64,000 nucleotides of DNA from Paludibacter sp. Its GTDB lineage: Bacteria > Bacteroidota > Bacteroidia > Bacteroidales > Paludibacteraceae. The notes beneath the pieces are model-generated. The model did no database searches, was not told where the DNA came from, and saw only the letters and a program-made list of their open reading frames with translations. Shown here in pieces: positions 41,340 to 49,705 of the stretch. Location: assembly GCA_034004015.1 (NCBI GenBank), contig JAVEXN010000010.1, positions 18,041 to 82,040 on the forward strand, read 5' to 3'. Numbering within the stretch: the first letter of the stretch is position 1; every line of letters begins with the position of its first letter. Made by a program: the position numbers and the translations under genes.

Positions 41340-41347
41340 CAAAGATA
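41340..41347 (-). promoter_or_regulatory. -7 box TAtcTTTG (spt)
   Basis: The plus strand reads caaagata. It lies 31 nt upstream of the ATG at 41309. Confidence 0.5.
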
Positions 41348-41398
41348 CATCATTTTATCGAAACAAAGTTCGTTTTTCGTTTTTGACCATTATTTATG

Positions 41399-41406
41399 TA
41401 ACTTTG
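41399..41406 (+). promoter_or_regulatory. -7 box TAacTTTG (ykgJ-like gene)
   Basis: Exact motif 29 nt upstream of the ATG at 41435. Confidence 0.5.
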
Positions 41407-41434
41407 CAAATTCGTTCTGAAAAATAAATTGTTC

Positions 41435-41923
41435 ATGCCCAATAGATTAAATTACAAAGATTTGCCTTTGATGGCAGCTAAAAGAGAAAGTACCTGGTTG
41501 AAGTTTCTGAACCGTAACAGAAAGAAAATTGAAGCTTCGGATTTGAAGATTCAGGCCTTGCACGATGAAGTTTCGGAGCGTATCGATTGTCTTGAATGTG
41601 CCAACTGTTGTCAGTCGCTCGGTCCCCGCATTACCGACAAGGATGTGGAGAAAATGGGAAAGGCATTGCGTTTGAAGCCCGTGGATGTGATTGCGCGTTA
41701 TTTGCGAACGGATGAAGATGGCGATATGGTTTTTCGTACAATGCCCTGCCCGTTTCTTGTCGAAGATAATTATTGTGCCATTTACGAATCGCGTCCCAAA
41801 GCCTGTCGCGAATATCCGCATACAGACCGGAAAAAGTTCTTTCAGATTTATAAGCTTTCAGTAAAAAATGCCTCCACCTGCCCCATTGTGTATGAGGTAA
41901 TGGAAGGAATTCAGGAATTGTAG
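41435..41923 (+). CDS. YkgJ-family cysteine-cluster protein (UPF0153)
   Basis: CLECANCC…C…PCPFL…NYCAIYESRPKACREYP cysteine pattern. The ORF-track start at 41429 is TTG. Confidence 0.8.
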   Translation: MPNRLNYKDLPLMAAKRESTWLKFLNRNRKKIEASDLKIQALHDEVSERIDCLECANCCQSLGPRITDKDVEKMGKALRLKPVDVIARYLRTDEDGDMVFRTMPCPFLVEDNYCAIYESRPKACREYPHTDRKKFFQIYKLSVKNASTCPIVYEVMEGIQEL

Positions 41924-41926
41924 GGC

Positions 41927-42112
41927 TTATTGTGAATTGATAATGAACAGTTGACAGTTGATAATTTCATTTACCATTTAATCGTATCTGCTATTAAACC
42001 AATCAACTGGTTAACGAATCAACTCAAAACTCAAAACTCTGAAACTCTGAAACTTTGAAACCCTGAAACTTTGAAACCCTGAAACTCTGAAACTTTGAAA
42101 CCTTGAACCCCT
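41927..42112 (+). repeat. 'doubled-word' modular intergenic repeat, copy A
   Basis: It shares ordered blocks with the reverse complement of 53800-53950: ttgacagttga, tcatttaccattta, accaatcaactg.ttaac.aatca, ctgaaactctgaaac. Confidence 0.8.
42038..42109 (+). repeat. tandem array of nine 8-mers YYTGAAAC
   Basis: The units are tctgaaac, tctgaaac, tttgaaac, cctgaaac, tttgaaac, cctgaaac, tctgaaac, tttgaaac and cttgaacc, read directly. Confidence 0.95.
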
Positions 42113-42116
42113 TCTC

Positions 42117-44189
42117 TCACCATCCCCATTTCAGCTTCACAAACACGTTTCGTCCGGCTTCGTAAAGTTTGTCCATGCCCGGTCGGTTGTTGAAAAGGTG
42201 ATTCCGGTAAGCTTTGTCCAGTATATTATTTACGCCTGCAAAGAGCTGGACATAAGAATTCTGCACTTTTATTGGCATACTTTGAAAATCGATATTGAGA
42301 ATGGCATAACCCGGAGTTGCTGTTTCGTTGTCGGCAATTTCATTTTGTGCTGCAGCCCATTCCATACTGATGGTAGTATCCACATATTTGGGATGGAAGT
42401 AAGTCAGCGATACCAATCCGTGAGCAGGTGGAATCAATGGAAGCGGTTTCCCGGTTTCCACATCCCGGGTGTAAACATATCCGGCTTGAGCAGAAGCCTT
42501 AAACTGTTTACTGATAAGCCATTCCATGCTTAATTCTGCGCCGGTAAACATGGCTTTGTCAATGTTTTTGTTTTTGTATAATAATGGTGAATCCGAAACT
42601 TTCTCTTCGGCTATCATATCAAAAAGATAGTTGTAAAACAAATCCGTTTTCAGCAATAGTTTGTTTTTGGTAATGCTGTAATTAAGGTTTGCAAAAAGTC
42701 CTTTTTCGGGTTTCAAATCAATATCTCCGGCATGAACTGCACCACCCAGATCGATATATTTGAAACGTTCTTCGATAGATGCCACGCGATAGGCATTGGC
42801 CAGCGAAAGCGTGAACTTGTGACGTTTTGCAGGCAGATATTCGATGTCGGCATGTGCGGCGTAGGAGATTTCATTTTTCACATTTGGCGCAATGGTCATA
42901 TTCTTTTGAAAAGGAATATCAGTGCGTTCGCCATTTACCCTGCGATACTGGAAAATACGGTTGAAAGCGCTGTCGTTTTGCGTGCGGATAAAGTCGAGAC
43001 GAATGCCCGCATTCAGTTTCAGATAATGCGGATCAATTACCTTTTTGTAAAATGCAAATATCCCTGCGTCGAACATTTTGGCTTTCGGTGTGGGGACTTC
43101 GCCTGTGTAGGTAAAAGTTGAATCGTTCTGAATGTTTATTTTTGTGCGAAATGTTTCCGCATCGCGCAACCATGTTTCGGCGCCCACAGTCATGGTGTTG
43201 TAGTCGTTGAAATAAAGTGCTGCGGTGGCTTTTGCTCCCGAAGTTACATTCATACTGGCCGGAAGAGTCACATTGCTGGCATTGGGTTTTAATTCCACAT
43301 CGCGGATAATGTTTTGTGTGTAGGCTTTAAATCGCAGTTCGCGAAGTGTGTACGAAAGATCGCTAAAAATATATTCGCCACTCAACTGATTGCGTTTGAT
43401 GGCTGAATAACGCGCTGTGGCTGTAGCCGGAAATGAGCTACTGCCGGGAATGCCTACATTCCATGCTTCGAAATGATTGTAATTGACCAATAATTCCTGA
43501 TTGTCGCCATATTTCATACCTCCATTTATGCCCCACGAAGCATCGTTGAACTGGCTGTTGGCAATTTTGCCTTCAGGAGTTTGCATGTTTTGAGCAGTGC
43601 GGTAACTTCCGTTAAGAGCAATGTACCAGTTAGTAGCGCTGAAATTCAGATTGGCTGCATTTGCCCATAAACTGTTGGCCTTTTGCCAACCGCTGGTCGC
43701 TTTCCCGCTTATGCCCGAACCATATTCGGGACGTTGCGGAATGAAGCTTACCACGCCACCCATAGCGCCTGTGCCATACATTACCGAGCCTGCTCCTTTA
43801 ATAACTTCAATTCTCTCAAGACTTTCCATGTTGACTGTCGAAAGTACACCCGAAATGTCGGTAGCCGAAAGCATACGATCGCCATCGTGCAGGAAGAGCA
43901 AGCGTTGTTCCGACATGCCACGTACATTCAGCGTAGTGGTCCACACGCCATCGCGCACCACCGAAATGCCCGGTTGTGTACGAAATGCATCGGCAGGAGT
44001 CACAAAAGCTGAACTTTCGATGGTTTTCCGGTCGACAACTGCACCCGGCAGGTTAAATTGTCCCGATGACAGACTGTAAACAGTTATTTCGTTGATTTGC
44101 TTGTGCGGAATAGTATCGGCCTGAATGTGGTTGGCTATACTGAACAATGTAAAAAGCAGTAGTAATGTGGCAGGTTTAATGTGTGTCAT
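42117..44189 (-). CDS. TonB-dependent outer membrane receptor
   Basis: Signal peptide from the ATG at 44189 (MTHIKPATLLLLFTLFSIANHIQA), a plug region, a 22-strand-type barrel and the terminal ...KLKWGW. The ORF-track N-terminal extension was rejected. Confidence 0.9.
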   Translation of the reverse strand: MTHIKPATLLLLFTLFSIANHIQADTIPHKQINEITVYSLSSGQFNLPGAVVDRKTIESSAFVTPADAFRTQPGISVVRDGVWTTTLNVRGMSEQRLLFLHDGDRMLSATDISGVLSTVNMESLERIEVIKGAGSVMYGTGAMGGVVSFIPQRPEYGSGISGKATSGWQKANSLWANAANLNFSATNWYIALNGSYRTAQNMQTPEGKIANSQFNDASWGINGGMKYGDNQELLVNYNHFEAWNVGIPGSSSFPATATARYSAIKRNQLSGEYIFSDLSYTLRELRFKAYTQNIIRDVELKPNASNVTLPASMNVTSGAKATAALYFNDYNTMTVGAETWLRDAETFRTKINIQNDSTFTYTGEVPTPKAKMFDAGIFAFYKKVIDPHYLKLNAGIRLDFIRTQNDSAFNRIFQYRRVNGERTDIPFQKNMTIAPNVKNEISYAAHADIEYLPAKRHKFTLSLANAYRVASIEERFKYIDLGGAVHAGDIDLKPEKGLFANLNYSITKNKLLLKTDLFYNYLFDMIAEEKVSDSPLLYKNKNIDKAMFTGAELSMEWLISKQFKASAQAGYVYTRDVETGKPLPLIPPAHGLVSLTYFHPKYVDTTISMEWAAAQNEIADNETATPGYAILNIDFQSMPIKVQNSYVQLFAGVNNILDKAYRNHLFNNRPGMDKLYEAGRNVFVKLKWGW

Positions 44190-44225
44190 GTTGATTGGGT
44201 TTTTTTGGCAATTGAATTCCGACTG

Positions 44226-44233
44226 CAAAAGTA
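44226..44233 (-). promoter_or_regulatory. -7 box TActTTTG (TonB receptor)
   Basis: The plus strand reads caaaagta. It lies 37 nt upstream of the ATG at 44189. Confidence 0.45.
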
Positions 44234-44475
44234 ATGAAAAATAACGCATTGTGTACTGACATATTGGCGGCGAAAATCCATACAAAGTATTAAAAAAACG
44301 AAAGCTTTTTACTATTATTGCAACTCATACCGGCTACGGTCTGTTTTACTGCATGTGAATAATGTATTTGCACAACTTTTGATATGTTGAAGCTGGTCAG
44401 TTTTTTACGGTTTACTTCTAAACTGTATATTTCTAAGCAATTCACTGAAGTATTATGCTGATAAAATTTTAATAG

Positions 44476-45636
44476 ATGGAAAACAATAATTCGCATAAAA
44501 TGATTGGCATATTCAACGATAGCTATCCGCCCATTATCGATGGTGTAGCTATGACGGCTCAAAATTATGCCGAAGGACTTTACCGTCGCCAAATACCGGT
44601 GTGTGTAGTGACTCCCAAAGCGCCCGATTATCAGATTGCGGAGCCTTATCCTGTTTTTCGGTATTCGTCGCTGCCACTAATCAGGCGCAAACCTTACCGT
44701 ATCGGGCTGCCCGATATTGATCTGGCATTTCAGGATAACCTTGAGCGAATTCCGTTCGGACTTGTACATGCGCATTGTCCGTTTACTTCCGGACATTTGG
44801 CTTTGCGCATTGCCCGCGAACAGAAAATTCCACTGGTAGCTACTTTTCACACAAAATATCGCGACGATTTTGAGCAGGCTGTTGGAAGCCGTAAAGTGGC
44901 CGATTTAATGGTCAGGGAAATAATGCATTTTTACGAAAAAGCTGATGAAGTCTGGATTCCGCAGGCTTCGGTCGAAGAAACAATTCGTGAATATGGTTTC
45001 AAAGGTAGGGTAATTGTAATGGAGAACGGAAGCGATATGAAGCCTGTAACTGATGCAGCAGAATTTAAAATCCGGGCGCGACAGTCACTGCATATTCCTT
45101 CCGACGAGATTGTGCTGCTGTTTGTTGGCCAGCATATTCGTGAAAAGAATCCGTTTATGATTCTCGATGCACTTGCATTGCTCAAAGATAGGCTGAAGTT
45201 CAGAATGTACTTTGTGGGAACGGGTTATGCAGCCGACGAACTGAAAATGTATGCCGACACCCTCGGATTGTCCTCATTTGTACATTTTTGCGGGGTAATT
45301 TACGACCGGCATAAGCTGCAACAGTATTATGCCGCGGCACATTTATTCCTTTTTCCGTCGATATACGACAATGCGCCGCTTGTGGTGCGCGAAGCGGCTG
45401 CCATGCACACACCGCCTGTGTTGCTGAAAGGATCGACTGCATCCGAAATAATAACCCACAACGAAAACGGATTTCTATCTGAAAATACAGCACAGGACTT
45501 TGCTGAAACAATTCATTCAGCACTTGCCGATCGTGCGATGCTGACCGCCATTGCTGAAAAAGCGTCGTTTACAGTGGCGGTGTCGTGGGATGTGATTGTG
45601 GAGAGAGTGTACGAAAGATATTGTGCATTAATGTAA
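44476..45636 (+). CDS. glycosyltransferase family 4
   Basis: GT-B fold sequence with N-terminal IGIFNDSYPPIIDGVA and a C-terminal …FPS.YDNAPLVVREAAA… motif. Confidence 0.85.
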   Translation: MENNNSHKMIGIFNDSYPPIIDGVAMTAQNYAEGLYRRQIPVCVVTPKAPDYQIAEPYPVFRYSSLPLIRRKPYRIGLPDIDLAFQDNLERIPFGLVHAHCPFTSGHLALRIAREQKIPLVATFHTKYRDDFEQAVGSRKVADLMVREIMHFYEKADEVWIPQASVEETIREYGFKGRVIVMENGSDMKPVTDAAEFKIRARQSLHIPSDEIVLLFVGQHIREKNPFMILDALALLKDRLKFRMYFVGTGYAADELKMYADTLGLSSFVHFCGVIYDRHKLQQYYAAAHLFLFPSIYDNAPLVVREAAAMHTPPVLLKGSTASEIITHNENGFLSENTAQDFAETIHSALADRAMLTAIAEKASFTVAVSWDVIVERVYERYCALM

Positions 45637-45718
45637 GGTGTTGAAAAACAGATTTTATGTTTAGTGCAATCAGCTTAATACCTAAGGGTTGTAATTTGGA
45701 GTTTGTGTAATTAAATAT

Positions 45719-45726
45719 TACTTTTG
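45719..45726 (+). promoter_or_regulatory. -7 box TActTTTG (C69 dipeptidase)
   Basis: Exact motif 47 nt upstream of the ATG at 45773. Confidence 0.45.
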
Positions 45727-45772
45727 TCCGACTCATAATAATTCACATACGATATATTAATATTTATAGCCA

Positions 45773-47419
45773 ATGATAAAGAAAACGCTTCTCATTTTGG
45801 GAATGATAGCTTCCTTCACTTATTCAAATGCATGTACCAATTTTCTGGCAGGAAAAGGAGCCACGCTCGATGGCTCAACGCTGATTAGTTATTCTGCCGA
45901 TTCATATTTCCTTTTTGGTGCTTTATACCATTATCCGGCTGCTACACATGCACCGGGCACATTGCTCGATATTTACGAATGGGATACAGGAAAATATCTT
46001 GGCAAAATTAAACAGGCCGAGAAAACCTATTCGGTGATTGGCAATATGAATGAGCATCAGCTGGCCATTGCCGAAACAACTTTTGGAGGTCGCCCCGAGC
46101 TGGTGGATACGACCGGTATTATGGACTATGGTAGTCTGATTTACGTCACTTTGCAGCGTGCCAAAACAGCCCGCGAAGCCATTCGGATTATGTCGGAATT
46201 AGTCACTGAATACGGATATTACAGCTCAGGCGAATCTTTCTCCATTGCCGACCCCAACGAAGTGTGGATTATGGAAATGATAGGAAAAGGGCCGCGCAAC
46301 AAAGGTGCTGTGTGGGTGGCTATGCGCATTCCCGACGACTGTGTTTCGGGTCATGCCAACCAGGCCCGTATTACCACTTTCCCTTTCGACGATAAAAATA
46401 ACTGTCTTTATTCTGAAGATGTAATTGCTTTTGCACGTGAAAAAGGATATTTCAAAGGCAAAAATAAAGATTTTAGCTTTTCGGATGTGTATGCTCCGCT
46501 CGACTACAGCGCTTTGCGTATTTGCGAAGCCCGAGTGTGGAGCTTTTTCCGCAAGGTAAATCCCGAAATGGAGCGTTTTGTAACTTATGTAAAAGGTGAA
46601 ACTGCCGAACGTATGCCTTTGTGGGTAAAACCGGCATTTAAACTTAGTGCACAAAATATTAAGGATTATATGCGCGATCAATACGAAGGAACCGAATTTG
46701 ATATGACCAAAGGTGTTTGTGCCGGACCGTTTGGCTCGAAACTGCGCAATAGTCCGTTGTCGTTCAAAGTGGATAGTGTAGAATATATGCACGAGCGTCC
46801 TGTGGCTACTCAGCAAACCGGTTTTACCTTTGTGGCGCAAATGCGCAGCTGGTTACCCGATTATATTGGTGGTGTGCTTTGGTTTGGCGTGGACGATGCT
46901 GCCAGTGCACTTTTTGTACCTATGTATTGCGGCATCAACGAAGTGCCATGGTGCTTCAGCGACAGAAACGGTAATCTGTTCGAATATTCTTCCACTTCAG
47001 CTTTCTGGGTATATAACTGGGTGGCGAATTATGCTTACAGTCGTTATTCTTATATGATGCAGGATATAAAGAAAGTACAATCGCATTGGGAAACGAATTT
47101 CAATACGCTTGTACCTGCTATCGATAAAGTGGCTGTGAATATGAATGAGAGGGATGCGCGCATGTTTCTTACTGATTTCAGCAACTCTCAGGCCGAAAAC
47201 TCTACTGCAGCATGGCGTAAACTTGGTGAATATCTGCTCGTAAAATATATGGATGGAAATATGAAAAAGGAGGAAAACGGAAAATTCCTTCAGAACGAGT
47301 TCCATATTCCCCCCTCCATTATTCGTCACGGATATCCTGAAGAGGTATTGCGACAAATTGTAAAGGAAAATCCCGGACAAAGAGTGAAATCCGAAGAAGA
47401 ATTAAATAACCGGAAGTGA
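45773..47419 (+). CDS. C69-family dipeptidase
   Basis: Signal peptide followed by the nucleophile Cys in …SNACTNFLAGKGATLDGS…, 548 aa. Confidence 0.88.
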   Translation: MIKKTLLILGMIASFTYSNACTNFLAGKGATLDGSTLISYSADSYFLFGALYHYPAATHAPGTLLDIYEWDTGKYLGKIKQAEKTYSVIGNMNEHQLAIAETTFGGRPELVDTTGIMDYGSLIYVTLQRAKTAREAIRIMSELVTEYGYYSSGESFSIADPNEVWIMEMIGKGPRNKGAVWVAMRIPDDCVSGHANQARITTFPFDDKNNCLYSEDVIAFAREKGYFKGKNKDFSFSDVYAPLDYSALRICEARVWSFFRKVNPEMERFVTYVKGETAERMPLWVKPAFKLSAQNIKDYMRDQYEGTEFDMTKGVCAGPFGSKLRNSPLSFKVDSVEYMHERPVATQQTGFTFVAQMRSWLPDYIGGVLWFGVDDAASALFVPMYCGINEVPWCFSDRNGNLFEYSSTSAFWVYNWVANYAYSRYSYMMQDIKKVQSHWETNFNTLVPAIDKVAVNMNERDARMFLTDFSNSQAENSTAAWRKLGEYLLVKYMDGNMKKEENGKFLQNEFHIPPSIIRHGYPEEVLRQIVKENPGQRVKSEEELNNRK

Positions 47420-47440
47420 TGCATTGTTTGTGAAAAACAT

Positions 47441-47448
47441 TATATTTG
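47441..47448 (+). promoter_or_regulatory. -7 box TAtaTTTG with no downstream ORF
   Basis: Exact motif 22 nt after the C69 stop and about 50 nt before a plus-strand terminator. Confidence 0.3.
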
Positions 47449-47496
47449 CAACTTCAGAGTTATTTATGTCATAATAACTGGTTAATATTAAATTGT

Positions 47497-47530
47497 ACTG
47501 CCTGCTTCGTGAGAAGTGGGCAGTTTTTTT
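47497..47530 (+). terminator. plus-strand rho-independent terminator
   Basis: ctgcctgcttc-gtga-gaagtgggcag forms 11 bp including two G-U pairs that exist only in the plus-strand RNA. T7 follows. Confidence 0.8.
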
Positions 47531-47565
47531 GTCTTCATATCTTTTTAGGTCGTACATAAATTTTT

Positions 47566-47703
47566 CAACACAGTAGTTTTGAAAAATAAGTGAAAAGACT
47601 TAGAACACATAGTGAGACAGCATTTTATGAGCTGGAAAAAGTCTCGTCACATACTTTTACCATGTGTACTAAGTTTTTTTTTCAATAGTTTCTGTGTGTT
47701 CTG
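47566..47703 (-). repeat. imperfect-palindrome intergenic element, copy 1
   Basis: Its reverse complement matches 60560-60732 in blocks (29/33, 10/10, 12/12). The internal arms 47599-47613 and 47659-47673 pair over 15 positions. Confidence 0.8.
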
Positions 47704-47746
47704 TTATAGTTCAGCCTGTTAGAATGATTTGTATGACAACAAAAAG

Positions 47747-47979
47747 GAGGCTGTATCAAAAGTATGCTTGAACACTTTTAAACTTACAAATTATAAGAAC
47801 TTTTCATTTCTGCCCCTATATCCCCTCCCGATAAATCGGGATAAATTGCGGGGACTCAGTGCGTGCAACGTAATTTCTTTATTTGCACAATGTCACAGCC
47901 CCCTTTAGGGGGTTGGGGGTAGCTGAAAGTATTGATTTGTAAGTTTTAGTTTTCACATCTTAGCTTTTGATGCAGCCTC
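47747..47979. repeat. nested long inverted repeat enclosing GC-rich hairpins
   Basis: Outer arms are gaggctgtatcaaaag (47747-47762) and cttttgatgcagcctc (47964-47979). Inner arms are aaacttacaaat (47780-47791) and atttgtaagttt (47935-47946). Both sides have identical 17-nt spacing. Confidence 0.8.
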
Positions 47980-48007
47980 TTCTTAAAGTTACCCTTTTGT
48001 ACAATTT

Positions 48008-49567
48008 TTAGTCTTCGAGCATAGTCATATCCACAATTGGTTTGGGCAGGTTCATTGCTTTAACCTCAGCTTTACATGCTGCAACCATTTCAGGGGTCAT
48101 TTCGTAAGTGTATTTGCCGTAGTCGTTCATTTCAAATTTTCCAATATGGAAGAATCCCCATTTGTCGAAAAATTCTGTCAGGTCGGTTTTGCTTACCTTG
48201 CAAGCCTGTTTTACGAAGTTTAGCTGATATTCGGCTACTTTCTGACGATGTCCGCGTCCGCCTTCATCGGTTTGCCGGCGGAATGCTTCGTACAAATCGG
48301 CATAGAAATCAGGTTGTTTACCAGCACCGGCAAAGTAAAGCTGCAATTGCCAGAACGGAACGAGACGGTTGAACACATCCTCGTCCTGTAGGTACGATAT
48401 TTTATTGTCGATAATGGATTTGCGTGCTTTTTCGTAGTTTTTCTGCGCGCTGATACGGCTTTTGTTGCCAAAAGAAGTGGTGACGTACAGTGTCACAATA
48501 TTATTGCTTACTTCGCCCAGTCCGCCCCAGTTAAGGTATGGGCTTAGCTGATGTACATGGCCCACTTCGTGACTGAATCCCCAGCACGGATCGCCACTGA
48601 TTACTTTGTCGGGATGCGCCACCATTCTCATGGCATATCCGGGCTGTGTGCCCATGTAAGCCACACCATCGCCATTGCGGAACATATAGTAGTTGTAGTT
48701 TACGCGTGCCAGAATGTGATTTTCGGGAACACGTTTGTATTTTACGAGTCCGATAAACCGATGCTGACGATATACCAGCGAGTCGTAGTTGCTGATGAGG
48801 TCGGTGCCACGTTCGTAAGCATATTTTTTAAGTGCTTCTACCGGATAGGCAATCTGAATATGGCGACCACGGGCATCGAGCACCGGATAAACAGCATTGT
48901 CGATCAGTTTTTTCCAGTCTTCGTTGTTGTTTTTACGAATATCGAAATATCCATTCACCTGTCCGTTTACAAAATGCACTTTGATGGGCTTTTCGTTCTT
49001 CGGTTGATCAGAATAATAATGGATATATACAAGACCGTCCCAGTCGGTCACATCAATTTCGTTGATCCCGTTTTTGAGAGGGAATGTTTTTTTGATAATG
49101 CCCCAGCCATTAGGGTCTTTGGTCGTTTCGATGCCTTCGGGAGCGCGGCGGTTCCAGTTAGGGAGCAAGAGCTCTACATTTTTGCCTTCAGCAATATTTT
49201 CCACCATAACCAGATGTTTACCTTTGGACAGATATATGCCGGTAATGTTTTCGTAATTGCTGTAGCCATTGCCAATACGGAGCTGTTTGCCCAGCATTGT
49301 CGGACTCAGAAAGGCTTTGTACTCGGCTACACGGTACTCTGTTTGGTAAGTTCCGGCTTTAAGCGCAGTGGCTAATGTGCGCAGGCGTTCATCTTTTATT
49401 TTTTTGATGGCCGCATTACTTACGTTCTTTTTAAGTGAAGTAGCGAGTGATGTTTCAAATACTTTTAAATCTTTGTCGATTTGTGCAGGCGCTTTTTTGC
49501 CATACACAGGGCAGGAGAGCAGCATAATTACTGCCAGCATTTGCAAAATGTGTTTTCGGGTGTTCAT
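48008..49567 (-). CDS. M60-family (enhancin-like) zinc metallopeptidase, probable lipoprotein
   Basis: HEVGH zinc motif and a signal with Cys (…LLSCPVYG). Confidence 0.82.
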   Translation of the reverse strand: MNTRKHILQMLAVIMLLSCPVYGKKAPAQIDKDLKVFETSLATSLKKNVSNAAIKKIKDERLRTLATALKAGTYQTEYRVAEYKAFLSPTMLGKQLRIGNGYSNYENITGIYLSKGKHLVMVENIAEGKNVELLLPNWNRRAPEGIETTKDPNGWGIIKKTFPLKNGINEIDVTDWDGLVYIHYYSDQPKNEKPIKVHFVNGQVNGYFDIRKNNNEDWKKLIDNAVYPVLDARGRHIQIAYPVEALKKYAYERGTDLISNYDSLVYRQHRFIGLVKYKRVPENHILARVNYNYYMFRNGDGVAYMGTQPGYAMRMVAHPDKVISGDPCWGFSHEVGHVHQLSPYLNWGGLGEVSNNIVTLYVTTSFGNKSRISAQKNYEKARKSIIDNKISYLQDEDVFNRLVPFWQLQLYFAGAGKQPDFYADLYEAFRRQTDEGGRGHRQKVAEYQLNFVKQACKVSKTDLTEFFDKWGFFHIGKFEMNDYGKYTYEMTPEMVAACKAEVKAMNLPKPIVDMTMLED

Positions 49568-49705
49568 GTGTTGGTGTTAATTATTGATTGGGTAATTGAT
49601 TTGTATTTTGCAGAGATATAAATTATGCTGTATTTAATAGCAAAATAATTTAATAAAATGGTGTGGTTTGTAGAATATGTTGTGTTTTTATTTGGTCTTC
49701 CGGAT

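Noticed and set aside
42038-42109. Whether the 8-mer tandem array, or the repeats at 47560-47990, could be a CRISPR array.
   Set aside because: The units are contiguous 8-mers with no spacers. The other repeats are inverted or dispersed rather than direct repeats of 25-40 nt with unique spacers. No cas genes are present.
44190-44475. A possible riboswitch (cobalamin, TPP) in the leader of the TonB-dependent receptor 42117-44189.
   Set aside because: I could not find a B12 box (GCCACTG-like) or THI-box core. In addition, a -7 box 37 nt from the ATG leaves too short a leader for a riboswitch.
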